Assembly: GCF_009914755.1 (NCBI RefSeq)
Contig: NC_060934.1
Source of the DNA: the human T2T-CHM13v2.0 reference genome, Homo sapiens
Direction: 5' to 3' (one strand)
DNA: 64,000 bases
The translations under genes were made by a program, and so were the position numbers. The notes beneath the pieces were generated by a model. It saw only the letters and a list, made by a program, of their open reading frames with translations. It was not told the origin of the DNA and made no database searches. Shown here one piece after another: positions 12,001 through 26,071 of this stretch; position 1 is the first letter of the stretch, and each line of letters begins with the position of its first letter.

Positions 12001-15000
12001 TTGTGATGTGTGCCTTCAACTCACAGAGTTTAACCTTTCTTTTCATAGAGCAGTTGGGAAACACTCTATTTGTAAAGTCTGCATGTGGATATTTGGACCT
12101 CTTTGAAGCCTTCGTTGGAAACGGGATTTCTTCATACAACGCTAGACAGAAGAATTCTCAGTAATTTCTTTGTGTTGTGTGTATTCAACTCACAGAGTTG
12201 AACCTTTCTTTAGAGAGAGCAGAGTTGAAACACTCTGTTTTTGGAATTTGCAAGTGCAGATTTCAAGCGATTCTAGGCCTATGGCAGAAAAGGAAATATC
12301 TTCGTATAAAAACTACACAGAATCATTCTCAACAACTACTTTGTGATGTGTGCGTTCAACTCACAGAGTTTAACCTTTCTTTTCATAGAGCAGTTTGGAA
12401 ACACTCTGTTTGTAAAGCCTGCAAGTGCTTTTTTGGACTTCATTGAGGCCTTCGTTGGAAACGGGATTTCTTCATATAATGCTAGACAGAAGAATTCTCA
12501 GTCACTTCTTTGTGTTGTGTGTATTCAAGTCACAGAGTTGAACCTTCCTTTAGACAGAGCAGTTTTGAAAAATTCTTTCTGTGGAGTTTGCAAGTGGAGA
12601 TTTCAAGCGATTTGAGGCTAATCTTTGAAATGGAAATATCTTCGTGTAAAAACTACACAGAATCATTCTCAGAAACTGCTTTGTCATCTGTGCGTTCAGT
12701 TCACAGAGTTTCACCTTTCTCTTCATAGAGCAGTTTGGAAAGACTCTGTCTGTAAAGTCTGCAAGTGATTAGTTAGACCCCTTTGAGGCCTTCGTTGGAA
12801 GCGGGATTTCTCATTTACTGCTAGACAGAAGAATTCTCAGTAAATCCTTTGTGTTGTGTGTATTCAACTCACAGAGTGGAACCTTCCTTTATTCAGAGCA
12901 GTTTTGAAAAACACTTTTTGTGGAATTTGCAAGTGGAGATTTCAAGCGATTTGACGCCAATCTTAGACATGGAAATATCTTCATATTAAAAGTACACAGA
13001 GTCATTCGTAGAAACTAGTTTGTGATGTGTGCCTTCAACTCACAGAGTTTAACCTTTCTTTTCATAGAGCAGTTTGGAAACACTCTATTTGTAAAGTCTG
13101 CAAGTGGATATTTGGACCTCTTTGAGGCCTTCGTTGGAAACGGGATTTCTTCATACAACGCTAGACAGAAGAATTCTCAGTAACTTCTTTGTGTTGTGTG
13201 TATTCAACTCACAGAGTTGAACCTTTCTTTAGAGAGAGCAGAGTTGAAACACTCTGTTTTTGGAATTTGCAAGTGCAGATTTCAAGCGATTCTAGGCCTA
13301 TGGCAGAAAAGGAAATATCTTCGTATAAAAACTACACAGAATCATTCTCAACAACTACTTTGTGATGTGTGCGTTCAACTCACAGAGTTTAACCTTTCTT
13401 TTCATAGAGCAGTTTGGAAACACTCTGTTTGTAAAGCCTGCAAGTGCTTTTTTGGACTTCATTGAGGCCTTCGTTGGAAACGGGATTTCTTCATATAATG
13501 CTAGACAGAAGAATTCTCAGTCACTTCTTTGTGTTGTGTGTATTCAAGTCACAGAGTTGAACCTTCCTTTAGACAGAGCAGTTTTGAAAAATTCTTTCTG
13601 TGTAATTTGCAAGTGGAGATTTCAAGCGATTTGAGGCTAATCTTTGAAATGGAAATATCTTCGTGTAAAAACTACACAGAATCATTCTCAGAAACTGCTT
13701 TGTCATCTGTGCGTTCAGTTCACAGAGTTTCACCTTTCTCTTCATAGAGCAGTTTGGAAAGACTCTGTCTGTAAAGTCTGCAAGTGATTAGTTAGACCCC
13801 TTTGAGGCCTTCGTTGGAAGCGGGATTTCTCATTTACTGCTAGACAGAAGAATTCTCAGTAAATCCTTTGTGTTGTGTGTATTCAACTCACAGAGTGGAA
13901 CCTTCCTTTATTCAGAGCAGTTTTGAAAAACACTTTTTGTGGAATTTGCAAGTGGAGATTTCAAGCGATTTGACGCCAATCTTAGACATGGAAATATCTT
14001 CATATTAAAAGTACACAGAGTCATTCGTAGAAACTAGTTTGTGATGTGTGCCTTCAACTCACAGAGTTTAACCTTTCTTTTCATAGAGCAGTTTGGAAAC
14101 ACTCTATTTGTAAAGTCTGCAAGTGGATATTTGGACCTCTTTGAGGCCTTCGTTGGAAACGGGATTTCTTCATACAACGCTATACAGAAGAATTCTCAGT
14201 AACTTCTTTGTGTTGTGTGTATTCAACTCACAGAGTTGAACCTTTCTTTAGAGAGAGCAGAGTTGAAACACTCTGTTTTTGGAATTTGCAAGTGCAGATT
14301 TCAAGCGATTCTAGGCCTATGGCAGAAAAGGAAATATCTTCGTATAAAAACTACACAGAATCATTCTCAACAACTACTTTGTGATGTGTGCGTTCAACTC
14401 ACAGAGTTTAAACTTTCTTTTCATAGAGCAGTTTGGAAACACTCTGTTTGTAAAGCCTGCAAGTGCTTTTTTGGACTTCATTGAGGCCTTCGTTGGAAAC
14501 GGGATTTCTTCATATAATGCTAGACAGAAGAATTCTCAGTCACTTCTTTGTGTTGTGTGTATTCAAGTCACAGAGTTGAACCTTCCTTTAGACAGAGCAG
14601 TTTTGAAAAATTCTTTCTGTGTAATTTGCAAGTGGAGATTTCAAGCGATTTGAGGCTAATCTTTGAAATGGAAATATCTTCGTGTAAAAACTACACAGAA
14701 TCATTCTCAGAAACTGCTTTGTCATCTGTGCGTTCAGTTCACAGAGTTTCACCTTTCTCTTCATAGAGCAGTTTGGAAAGACTCTGTCTGTAAAGTCTGC
14801 AAGTGATTAGTTAGACCTCTTTGAGGCCTTCGTTGGAAGCGGGATTTCTCATTTACTGCTAGACAGAAGAATTCTCAGTAAATCCTTTGTGTTGTGTGTA
14901 TTCAACTCACAGAGTGGAACCTTCCTTTATTCAGAGCAGTTTTGAAAAACACTTTTTGTGGAATTTGCAAGTGGAGATTTCAAGCGATTTGACGCCAATC

Positions 15001-18000
15001 TTAGACATGGAAATATCTTCATATTAAAAGTACACAGAGTCATTCGTAAAAACTAGTTTGTGATGTGTGCCTTCAACTCACAGAGTTTAACCTTTCTTTT
15101 CATAGAGCAGTTGGGAAACACTCTATTTGTAAAGTCTGCATGTGGATATTTGGACCTCTTTGAAGCCTTCGTTGGAAACGGGATTTCTTCATACAACGCT
15201 AGACAGAAGAATTCTCAGTAATTTCTTTGTGTTGTGTGTATTCAACTCACAGAGTTGAACCTTTCTTTAGAGAGAGCAGAGTTGAAACACTCTGTTTTTG
15301 GAATTTGCAACTGCAGATTTCAAGCGATTCTAGGCCTATGGCAGAAAAGGAAATATCTTCGTATAAAAACTACACAGAATCATTCTCAACAACTACTTTG
15401 TGATGTGTGCGTTCAACTCACAGAGTTTAACCTTTCTTTTCATAGAGCAGTTTGGAAACACTCTGTTTGTAAAGCCTGCAAGTGCCTTTTTGGACTTCAT
15501 TGAGGCCTTTGTTGGAAACGGGATTTCTTCATATAATGCTAGACAGAAGAATTCTCAGTCACTTCTTTGTGTTGTGTGTATTCAAGTCACAGAGTTGAAC
15601 CTTCCTTTAGACAGAGCAGTTTTGAAAAATTCTTTCTGTGGAGTTTGCAAGTGGAGATTTCAAGCGATTTGAGGCTAATCTTTGAAATGGAAATATCTTC
15701 GTGTAAAAACTACACAGAATCATTCTCAGAAACTGCTTTGTCATCTGTGCGTTCAGTTCACAGAGTTTCACCTTTCTCTTCATAGAGCAGTTTGGAAAGA
15801 CTCTGTCTGTAAAGTCTGCAAGTGATTAGTTAGACCCCTTTGAGGCCTTCGTTGGAAGCGGGATTTCTCATTTACTGCTAGACAGAAGAATTCTCAGTAA
15901 ATCCTTTGTGTTGTGTGTATTCAACTCACAGAGTGGAACCTTCCTTTATTCAGAGCAGTTTTGAAAAACACTTTTTGTGGAATTTGCAAGTGGAGATTTC
16001 AAGCGATTTGACGCCAATCTTAGACATGGAAATATCTTCATATTAAAAGTACACAGAGTCATTCGTAAAAACTAGTTTGTGATGTGTGCCTTCAACTCAC
16101 AGAGTTTAACCTTTCTTTTCATAGAGCAGTTGGGAAACACTCTATTTGTAAAGTCTGCAAGTGGATATTTGGACCTCTTTGAAGCCTTCGTTGGAAACGG
16201 GATTTCTTCATACAACGCTAGACAGAAGAATTCTCAGTAATTTCTTTGTGTTGTGTGTATTCAACTCACAGAGTTGAACCTTTCTTTAGAGAGAGCAGAG
16301 TTGAAACACTCTGTTTTTGGAATTTGCAACTGCAGATTTCAAGCGATTCTAGGCCTATGGCAGAAAAGGAAATATCTTCGTATAAAAACTACACAGAATC
16401 ATTCTCAACAACTACTTTGTGATGTGTGCGTTCAACTCACAGAGTTTAACCTTTCTTTTCATAGAGCAGTTTGGAAACACTCTGTTTGTAAAGCCTGCAA
16501 GTGCTTTTTTGGACTTCATTGAGGCCTTCGTTGGAAACGGGATTTCTTCATATAATGCTAGACAGAAGAATTCTCAGTCACTTCTTTGTGTTGTGTGTAT
16601 TCAAGTCACAGAGTTGAACCTTCCTTTAGACAGAGCAGTTTTGAAAAATTCTTTCTGTGGAGTTTGCAAGTGGAGATTTCAAGCGATTTGAGGCTAATCT
16701 TTGAAATGGAAATATCTTCGTGTAAAAACTACACAGAATCATTCTCAGAAACTGCTTTGTCATCTGTGCGTTCAGTTCACAGAGTTTCACCTTTCTCTTC
16801 ATAGAGCAGTTTGGAAAGACTCTGTCTGTAAAGTCTGCAAGTGATTAGTTAGACCCCTTTGAGGCCTTCGTTGGAAGCGGGATTTCTCATTTACTGCTAG
16901 ACAGAAGAATTCTCAGTAAATCCTTTGTGTTGTGTGTATTCAACTCACAGAGTGGAACCTTCCTTTATTCAGAGCAGTTTTGAAAAACACTTTTTGTGGA
17001 ATTTGCAAGTGGAGATTTCAAGCGATTTGACGCCAATCTTAGACATGGAAATATCTTCATATTAAAAGTACACAGAGTCATTCGTAAAAACTAGTTTGTG
17101 ATGTGTGCCTTCAACTCACAGAGTTTAACCTTTCTTTTCATAGAGCAGTTTGGAAACACTGTATTTGTAAAGTCTGCAAGTGGATATTTGGACCTCTTTG
17201 AGGCCTTCGTTGGAAACGGGATTTCCTCATACAACGCTAGACAGAAGAATTCTCAGTAACTTCTTTGTGTTGTGTGTATTCAACTCACAGAGTTGAACCT
17301 TTCTTTAGAGAGAGCAGAGTTGAAACACTCTGTTTTTGGAATTTGCAACTGCAGATTTCAAGCGAATCTAGGCCTATGGCAGAAAAGGAAATATCTTCGT
17401 ATAAAAACTACACAGAATTATTCTCAACAACTACTTTGTGATGTGTGCGTTCAACTCACAGAGTTTAACCTTTCTTTTCGTAGAGCAGTTTGGAAACACT
17501 CTGTTTGTAAAGCCTGCAAGTGCTTTTTTGGACTTCATTGAGGCCTTCGTTGGAAACGGGATTTCTTCATATAATGCTAGACAGAAGAATTCTCAGTCAC
17601 TTCTTTGTGTTGTGTGTATTCAAGTCACAGAGTTGAACCTTCCTTTAGACAGAGCAGTTTTGAAAAATTCTTTCTGTGGAGTTTGCAAGTGGAGATTTCA
17701 AGCGATTTGAGGCTAATCTTTGAAATGGAAATATCTTCGTGTAAAAACTACACAGAATCATTCTCAGAAACTGCTTTGTCATCTGTGCGTTCAGTTCACA
17801 GAGTTTCACCTTTCTCTTCATAGAGCAGTTTGGAAAGACTCTGTCTGTAAAGTCTGCAAGTGATTAGTTAGACCCCTTTGAGGCCTTCGTTGGAAGCGGG
17901 ATTTCTCATTTACTGCTAGACAGAAGAATTCTCAGTAAATCCTTTGTGTTGTGTGTATTCAACTCACAGAGTGGAACCTTCCTTTATTCAGAGCAGATTT

Positions 18001-18265
18001 GAAAAACACTTTTTGTGGAATTTGCAAGTGGAGATTTCAAGCGATTTGACGCCAATCTTAGACATGGAAATATCTTCATATTAAAAGTACACAGAGTCAT
18101 TCGTAGAAACTAGTTTGTGATGTGTGCCTTCAACTCACAGAGTTTAACCTTTCTTTTCATAGAGCAGTTTGGAAACACTCTATTTGTAAAGTCTGCAAGT
18201 GGATATTTGGACCTCTTTGAGGCCTTCGTTGGAAACGGGATTTCTTCATACAACGCTAGACAGAA
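9095..18265 (+). repeat. Nine consecutive ABC (1019 bp) units
   Basis: ORF starts 9120, 10139, ... 17272 step by exactly 1019. There is no D dimer between 8755 and 18266. Confidence 0.95.
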
Positions 18266-18676
18266 GAATTCTCAGTAACTTCTTTGTGTTGTGTGTATTC
18301 AACTCACAGAGTTGAACCTTTCTTTAGAGGGAGCAGAGGTGAAACACTCTTTTTGTGGAATTTGCTAGTGTAGATTTCAAACGCTTCGAAGACAGTGATA
18401 GAAAATGATATATCTTCGTATTAAAAGTAGACAAAATCATTCTCAGAAAACTCTTTGTGATGTGTGTGTTCAACTCACAGAGTTTAACCTTTCTTTAATC
18501 GAGCAGTTTGGAAATACACTCTTTGTAAGTCTGCAGGTGGATATTTGGCCCTCTTTGAGCCCTTCGTTGGAAAAGGGATTTCCTCATATAATGCTAGACA
18601 GAAGAATTCTCAGTAACTTCTTTGTGTTGTTTGTATTCAACACACAGATTTGAACCTTCCTTTAGAGAGAGCAGAT

Positions 18677-21600
18677 TTGAAACACTCTGTTTTTGGAATT
18701 TGCAAGTGCAGATTTCAAGCGCTTCTAGGCCTATGGCAGAAAAGGAAATATCTTCGTATAAAAACTACACAGAATCATTCTCAACAACTACTTTGTGATG
18801 TGTGCGTTCAACTCACAGAGGTTAACCTTTCTTTTCATAGAGCAGTTTGGAAACACTCTGTTTGTAAAGCCTGCAAGTGCTTTTTTGGACTTCATTGAGG
18901 CCTTCGTTGGAAACGGGATTTCTTCATACAACGCTAGACAGAAGAATTCTCAGTAACTTCTTTGTGTTGTGTGTATTCAACTCACAGAGTTGAACCTTTC
19001 TTTAGAGAGAACAGAGTTGAAACACTCTGTTTTTGGAATTTGCAAGTGCAGATTTCAAGCGATTCTAGGCCTATGGCAGAAAAGGAAATATCTTCGTATA
19101 AAAACTACACAGAATCATTCTCAACAACTACTTTGTGATGTGTGCATTCAACTCACAGAGTTTAACCTTTCTTTTCATAGAGCAGTTTGGAAACACTCTG
19201 TTTGTAAAGCCTGCAAGTGCTTTTTTGGACTTCATTGAGGCCTTCGTTGGAAACGGGATTTCTTCATATAATGCTAGACAGAAGAATTCTCAGTCACTTC
19301 TTTGTATTGTGTGTATTCAAGTCACAGAGTTGAACCTTCCTTTAGACAGAGCAGTTTTGAAAAATTCTTTCTGTGGAGTTTGCAAGTGGAGATTTCAAGC
19401 GATTTGAGGCTAATCTTTGAAATGGAAATATCTTCGTGTAAAAACTACACAGAATCATTCTCAGAAACTGCTTTGTCATCTGTGCGTTCAGTTCACAGAG
19501 TTTCACCTTTCTCTTCATAGAGCAGTTTGGAAAGACTCTGTCTGTAAAGTCTGCAAGTGATTAGTTAGACCCCTTTGAGGCCTTCGTTGGAAGCGGGATT
19601 TCTCATTTACTGCTAGACAGAAGAATTCTCAGTAAATCCTTTGTGTTGTGTGTATTCAACTCACAGAGTGGAACCTTCCTTTATTCAGAGCAGTTTTGAA
19701 AAACACTTTTTGTGGAATTTGCAAGTGGAGATTTCAAGCGATTTGACGCCAATCTTAGACATGGAAATATCTTCATATTAAAAGTACACAGAGTCATTCG
19801 TAGAAACTAGTTTGTGATGTGTGCCTTCAACTCACAGAGTTTAACCTTTCTTTTCATAGAGCAGTTTGGAAACACTCTATTTGTAAAGTCTGCAAGTGGA
19901 TATTTGGACCTCTTTGAGGCCTTCGTTGGAAACGGGATTTCTTCATACAACGCTAGACAGAAGAATTCTCAGTAACTTCTTTGTGTTGTGTGTATTCAAC
20001 TCACAGAGTTGAACCTTTCTTTAGAGAGAGCAGAGTTGAAACACTCTGTTTTTGGAATTTGCAAGTGCAGATTTCAAGCGATTCTAGGCCTATGGCAGAA
20101 AAGGAAATATCTTCGTATAAAAACTACACAGAATCATTCTCAACAACTACTTTGTGATGTGTGCGTTCAACTCACAGAGTTTAACCTTTCTTTTCATAGA
20201 GCAGTTTGGAAACACTCTGTTTGTAAAGCCTGCAAGTGCTTTTTTGGACTTCATTGAGGCCTTCGTTGGAAACGGGATTTCTTCATATAATGCTAGACAG
20301 AAGAATTCTCAGTCACTTCTTTGTGTTGTGTGTATTCAAGTCACAGAGTTGAACCTTCCTTTAGACAGAGCAGTTTTGAAAAATTCTTTTTGTGTAATTT
20401 GCAAGTGGAGATTTCAAGCGATTTGAGGCTAATCTTTGAAATGGAAATATCTTCGTGTAAAAACTACACAGAATCATTCTCAGAAACTGCTTTGTCATCT
20501 GTGCGTTCAGTTCACAGAGTTTCACCTTTCTCTTCATAGAGCAGTTTGGAAAGACTCTGTCTGTAAAGTCTGCAAGTGATTAGTTAGACCCCTTTGAGGC
20601 CTTCGTTGGAAGCGGGATTTCTCATTTACTGCTAGACAGAAGAATTCTCAGTAAATCCTTTGTGTTGTGTGTATTCAACTCACAGAGTGGAACCTTCCTT
20701 TATTCAGAGCAGTTTTGAAACACTCTTTTTGTGGAATTTGCAAGTGGAGATTTCAAGCGATTTGACGCCAATCTTAGACATGGAAATATCTTCATATTAA
20801 AAGTACACAGAGTCATTCGTAGAAACTAGTTTGTGATGTGTGCCTTCAACTCACAGAGTTTAACCTTTCTTTTCATAGAGCAGTTGGGAAACACTCTATT
20901 TGTAAAGTCTGCAAGTGGATATTTGGACCTCTTTGAGGCCTTCGTTGGAAACGGGATTTCTTCATATAACGCTTGACAGAAGAATTCTCAGTAACTTCTT
21001 TGTGTTGTGTGTATTCAGCTCACAGAGTTGAACCTTTCTTTAGAGGGAGCAGAGGTGAAACACTCTTTTTGTGGAATTTGCTAGTGTAGATTTCAAACGC
21101 TTCGAAGACAGTGATAGAAAAGGATATATCTTCGTATTAAAAGTAGACAAAATCATTCTCAGAAAACTCTTTGTGATGTGTGTGTTCAACTCACAGAGTT
21201 TAACCTTTCTTTAATCGAGCAGTTTGGAAATACACTCTTTGTAAGTCTGCAGGTGGATATTTGGCCCTCTTTGAGCCCTTCGTTGGAAACGGGATTTCCT
21301 CATATAATGCTAGACAGAAGAATTCTCAGTAACTTCTTTGTGTTGTTTGTATTCAACACACAGATTTGAACCTTCCTTTAGAGAGAGCAGATTTGAAACA
21401 CTCTGTTTTTGGAATTTGCAAGTGCAGATTTCAAGTGCTTCTAGGCCTATGGCAGAAAAGGAAATATCTTCGTATAAAAACTACACAGAATCATTCTCAA
21501 CAACTACTTTGTGATGTGTGCGTTCAACTCACAGAGTTTAACCTTTCTTTTCATAGAGCAGTTTGGAAACACTCTGTTTGTAAAGCCTGCAAGTGCTTTT

Positions 21601-23026
21601 TTGGACTTCATTGAGGCCTTCGTTGGAAACGGGATTTCTTCATATAATGCTAGACAGAAGAATTCTCAGTCACTTCTTTGTGTTGTGTGTATTCAAGTCA
21701 CAGAGTTGAACCTTCCTTTAGACAGAGCAGTTTTGAAAAATTCTTTCTGTGTAATTTGCAAGTGGAGATTTCAAGCGATTTGTGGCTAATCTTTGAAATG
21801 GAAATATCTTCGTGTAAAAACTACACAGAATCATTCTCAGAAACTGCTTTGTCATCTGTACGTTCAGTTCACAGAGTTTCACCTTTCTCTTCATAGAGCA
21901 GTTTGGAAAGACTCTGTCTGTAAAGTCTGCAAGTGATTAGTTAGAACCCTTTGAGGCCTTCGTTGGAAGCGGGATTTCTCATTTACTGCTAGACAGAAGA
22001 ATTCTCAGTAAATCCTTTGTGTTGTGTGTATTCAACTCACAGAGTGGAACCTTCCTTTATTCAGAGCAGTTTTGAAACACTCTTTTTGTGGAATTTGCAA
22101 GTGGAGATTTCAAGCGATTTGACGCCAATCTTAGACATGGAAATATCTTCATATTAAAAGTACACAGAGTCATTCGGAGAAACTAGTTTGTGATGTGTGC
22201 CTTCAACTCACAGAGTTTAACCTTTCTTTTCATAGAGCAGTTGGGAAACACTCTATTTGTAAAGTCTGCAAGTGGATATTTGGACCTCTTTGAGGCCTTC
22301 GTTGGAAACGGGATTTCTTCATATAACGCTAGACAGAAGAATTCTCAGTAACTTCTTTGTGTTGTGTGTATTCAACTCACAGAGTTGAACCTTTCTTTAG
22401 AGGGAGCAGAGGTGAAACACTCTTTTTGTGGAATTTGCTAGTGTAGATTTCAAACGCTTCGAAGACAGTGATAGAAAAGGATATATCTTCGTATTAAAAG
22501 TAGACAAAATCATTCTCAGAAAACTCTTTGTGATGTGTGTGTTCAACTCACAGAGTTTAACCTTTCTTTAATCGAGCAGTTTGGAAATACACTCTTTGTA
22601 AGTCTGCAGGTGGATATTTGGCCCTCTTTGAGCCCTTCGTTGGAAACGGGATTTCCTCATATAATGCTAGACAGAAGAATTCTCAGTAACTTCTTTGTGT
22701 TGTTTGTATTCAACACACAGATTTGAACCTTCCTTTAGAGAGAGCAGATTTGAAACACTCTGTTTTTGGAATTTGCAAGTGCAGATTTCAAGCGCTTCTA
22801 GGTCTATGGCAGAAAAGGAAATATCTTCGTATAAAAACTACACAGAATCATTCTCAACAACTACTTTGTGATGTGTGCGTTGAAGTCACAGAGTTTAACC
22901 TTTCTTTTCATAGAGCAGTTTGGAAACACTCTGTTTGTAAAGCCTGCAAGTGCTTTTTTGGACTTCATTGAGGCCTTCGTTGGAAACGGGATTTCTTCAT
23001 ACAACGCTAGACAGAAGAATTCTCAG
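18677..23026 (+). repeat. Near-identical copy of window bases 1 to ~4350 (offset 18676)
   Basis: Same dimer order and the same private SNVs at +18676: GTATTGTG, CGCTTGA, ATTCAGCT, CAAGTGCTT, TTTGTGGC, TAGAACCC, CATTCGGAG, GTTGAAGT. Confidence 0.9.
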
Positions 23027-26000
23027 TCACTTCTTTGTGTTGTGTGTATTCAAGTCACAGAGTTGAACCTTCCTTTAGACAGAGCAGTTTTGAAAAATTC
23101 TTTCTGTGGAGTTTGCAAGTGGAGATTTCCAGCGATTTGAGGCTAATCTTTGAAATGGAAATATCTTCGTGTAAAAACTACACAGAATCATTCTCAGAAA
23201 CTGCTTTGTCATCTGTGCGTTCAGTTCACAGAGTTTCACCTTTCTCTTCATAGAGCAGTTTGGAAAGACTCTGTCTGTAAAGTCTGCAAGTGATTAGTTA
23301 GACCCCTTTGAGGCCTTCGTTGGAAGCGGGATTTCTCATTTACTGCTAGACAGAAGAATTCTCAGTAAATCCTTTGTGTTGTGTGTATTCAACTCACAGA
23401 GTGGAACCTTCCTTTATTCAGAGCAGTTTTGAAAAACACTTTTTGTGGAATTTGCAAGTGGAGATTTCAAGCGATTTGACGCCAATCTTAGACATGGAAA
23501 TATCTTCATATTAAAAGTACACAGAGTCATTCGTAGAAACTAGTTTGTGATGTGTGCCTTCAACTCACAGAGTTTAACCTTTCTTTTCATAGAGCAGTTT
23601 GGAAACACTCTATTTGTAAAGTCTGCAAGTGGATATTTGGACCTCTTTGAGGCCTTCGTTGGAAACGGGATTTCTTCATACAACGCTAGACAGAAGAATT
23701 CTCAGTAACTTCTTTGTGTTGTGTGTATTCAACTCACAGAGTTGAACCTTTCTTTAGAGAGAGCAGAGTTGAAACACTCTGTTTTTGGAATTTGCAAGTG
23801 CAGATTTCAAGCGATTCTAGGCCTATGGCAGAAAAGGAAATATCTTCGTATAAAAACTACACAGAATCATTCTCAACAACTACTTTGTGATGTGTGTGTT
23901 CAACTCACAGAGTTTAACATTTCTTTTCGTAGAGCAGTTTGGAAACACTCTGTTTGTAAAGCCTGCAAGTGCTTTTTTGGACTTCATTGAGGCCTTCGTT
24001 GGAAACCGGATTTCTTCATATAATGCTAGACAGAAGAATTCTCAGTCACTTCTTTGTGTTGTGTGTATTCAAGTCACAGAGTTGAACCTTCCTTTAGACA
24101 GAGCAGTTTTGAAAAATTCTTTCTGTGGAGTTTGCAAGTGGAGATTTCAAGCGATTTGAGGCTAATCTTTGAAATGGAAATATCTTCGTGTAAAAACTAC
24201 ACAGAATCATTCTCAGAAACTGCTTTGTCATCTGTGCGTTCAGTTCACAGAGTTTCACCTTTCTCTTCATAGAGCAGTTTGGAAAGACTCTGTCTGTAAA
24301 GTCTGCAAGTGATTAGTTAGACCCCTTTGAGGCCTTCGTTGGAAGCGGGATTTCTCATTTACTGCTAGACAGAAGAATTCTCAGTAAATCCTTTGTGTTG
24401 TGTGTATTCAACTCACAGAGTGGAACCTTCCTTTATTCAGAGCAGATTTGAAAAACACTTTTTGTGGAATTTGCAAGTGGAGATTTCAAGCGATTTGACG
24501 CCAATCTTAGACATGGAAATATCTTCATATTAAAAGTACACAGAGTCATTCGTAGAAACTAGTTTGTGATGTGTGCCTTCAACTCACAGAGTTTAACCTT
24601 TCTTTTCATAGAGCAGTTTGGAAACACTCTATTTGTAAAGTCTGCAAGTGGATATTTGGACCTCTTTGAGGCCTTCGTTGGAAACGGGATTTCTTCATAC
24701 AACGCTAGACAGAAGAATTCTCAGTAACTTCTTTGTGTTGTGTGTATTCAACTCACAGAGTTGAACCTTTCTTTAGAGGGAGCAGAGGTGAAACACTCTT
24801 TTTGTGGAATTTGCTAGTGTAGATTTCAAACGCTTCGAAGACAGTGATAGAAAAGGATATATCTTCGTATTAAAAGTAGACAAAATCATTCTCAGAAAAC
24901 TCTTTGTGATGTGTGTGTTCAACTCACAGAGTTTAACCTTTCTTTAATCGAGCAGTTTGGAAATACACTCTTTGTAAGTCTGCAGGTGGATATTTGGCCC
25001 TCTTTGAGCCCTTCTTTGGAAACGGGATTTCCTCTTATAATGCTAGACAGAAGAATTCTCAGTAACTTCTCTGTGTTGTTTGTATTCAACACACAGATTT
25101 GAACCTTCCTTTAGAGAGAGCAGATTTGAAACACTGTGTTTTTGGAATTTGCAAGTGCAGATTTCAAGCGCTTCTAGGCCTATGGCAGAAAAGGAAATAT
25201 CTTCGTATAAAAACTACACAGAATCATTCTCAACAACTACTTTGTGATGTGTGCGTTCAACTCACAGAGGTTAACCTTTCTTTTCAGAGAGCAGTTTGGA
25301 AACACTCTGTTTGTAAAGCCTGCAAGTGCTTTTTTGGACTTCATTGAGGCCTTCGTTGGAAACGGGATTTCTTCATACAACGCTAGACAGAAGAATTCTC
25401 AGTAACTTCTTTGTGTTGTGTGTATTCAACTCACAGAGTTGAACCTTTCTTTAGAGAGAGCAGAGTTGAAACACTCTGTTTTTGGAATTTGCAAGTGCAG
25501 ATTTCAAGCGATTCTAGGCCTATGGCAGAAAAGGAAATATCTTCGTATAAAACTACACAGAATCATTCTCAACAACTACTTTGTGATGTGTGCGTTCAAC
25601 TCACAGAGTTTAACCTTTCTTTTCATAGAGCAGTTTGGAAACACTCTGTTTGTAAAGCCTGCAAGTGCTTTTTTGGACTTCATTGAGGCCTTCGTTGGAA
25701 ACGGGATTTCTTCATATAATGCTAGACAGAAGAATTCTCAGTCACTTCTTTGTGTTGTGTGTATTCAAGTCACAGAGTTGAACCTTCCTTTAGACAGAGC
25801 AGTTTTGAAAAATTCTTTCTGTGGAGTTTGCAAGTGGAGATTTCAAGCGATTTGAGGCTAATCTTTGAAATGGAAATATCTTTGTGTAAAAACTACACAG
25901 AATCATTCTCAGAAACTGCTTTGTCATCTGTGCGTTCAGTTCACAGAGTTTCACCTTTCTCTTCATAGAGCAGTTTGGAAAGACTCTGTCTGTAAAGTCT

Positions 26001-26071
26001 GCAAGTGATTAGTTAGACCCCTTTGAGGCCTTCGTTGGAAACGGGATTTCTTCATACAACGCTAGACAGAA

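Noticed and set aside
25418-25855. Longest ORF, 145 aa
   Set aside because: A 1-bp deletion in an A-run (~25549, TATAAAACT) fuses two ordinary satellite frames; there is no evidence of coding function.
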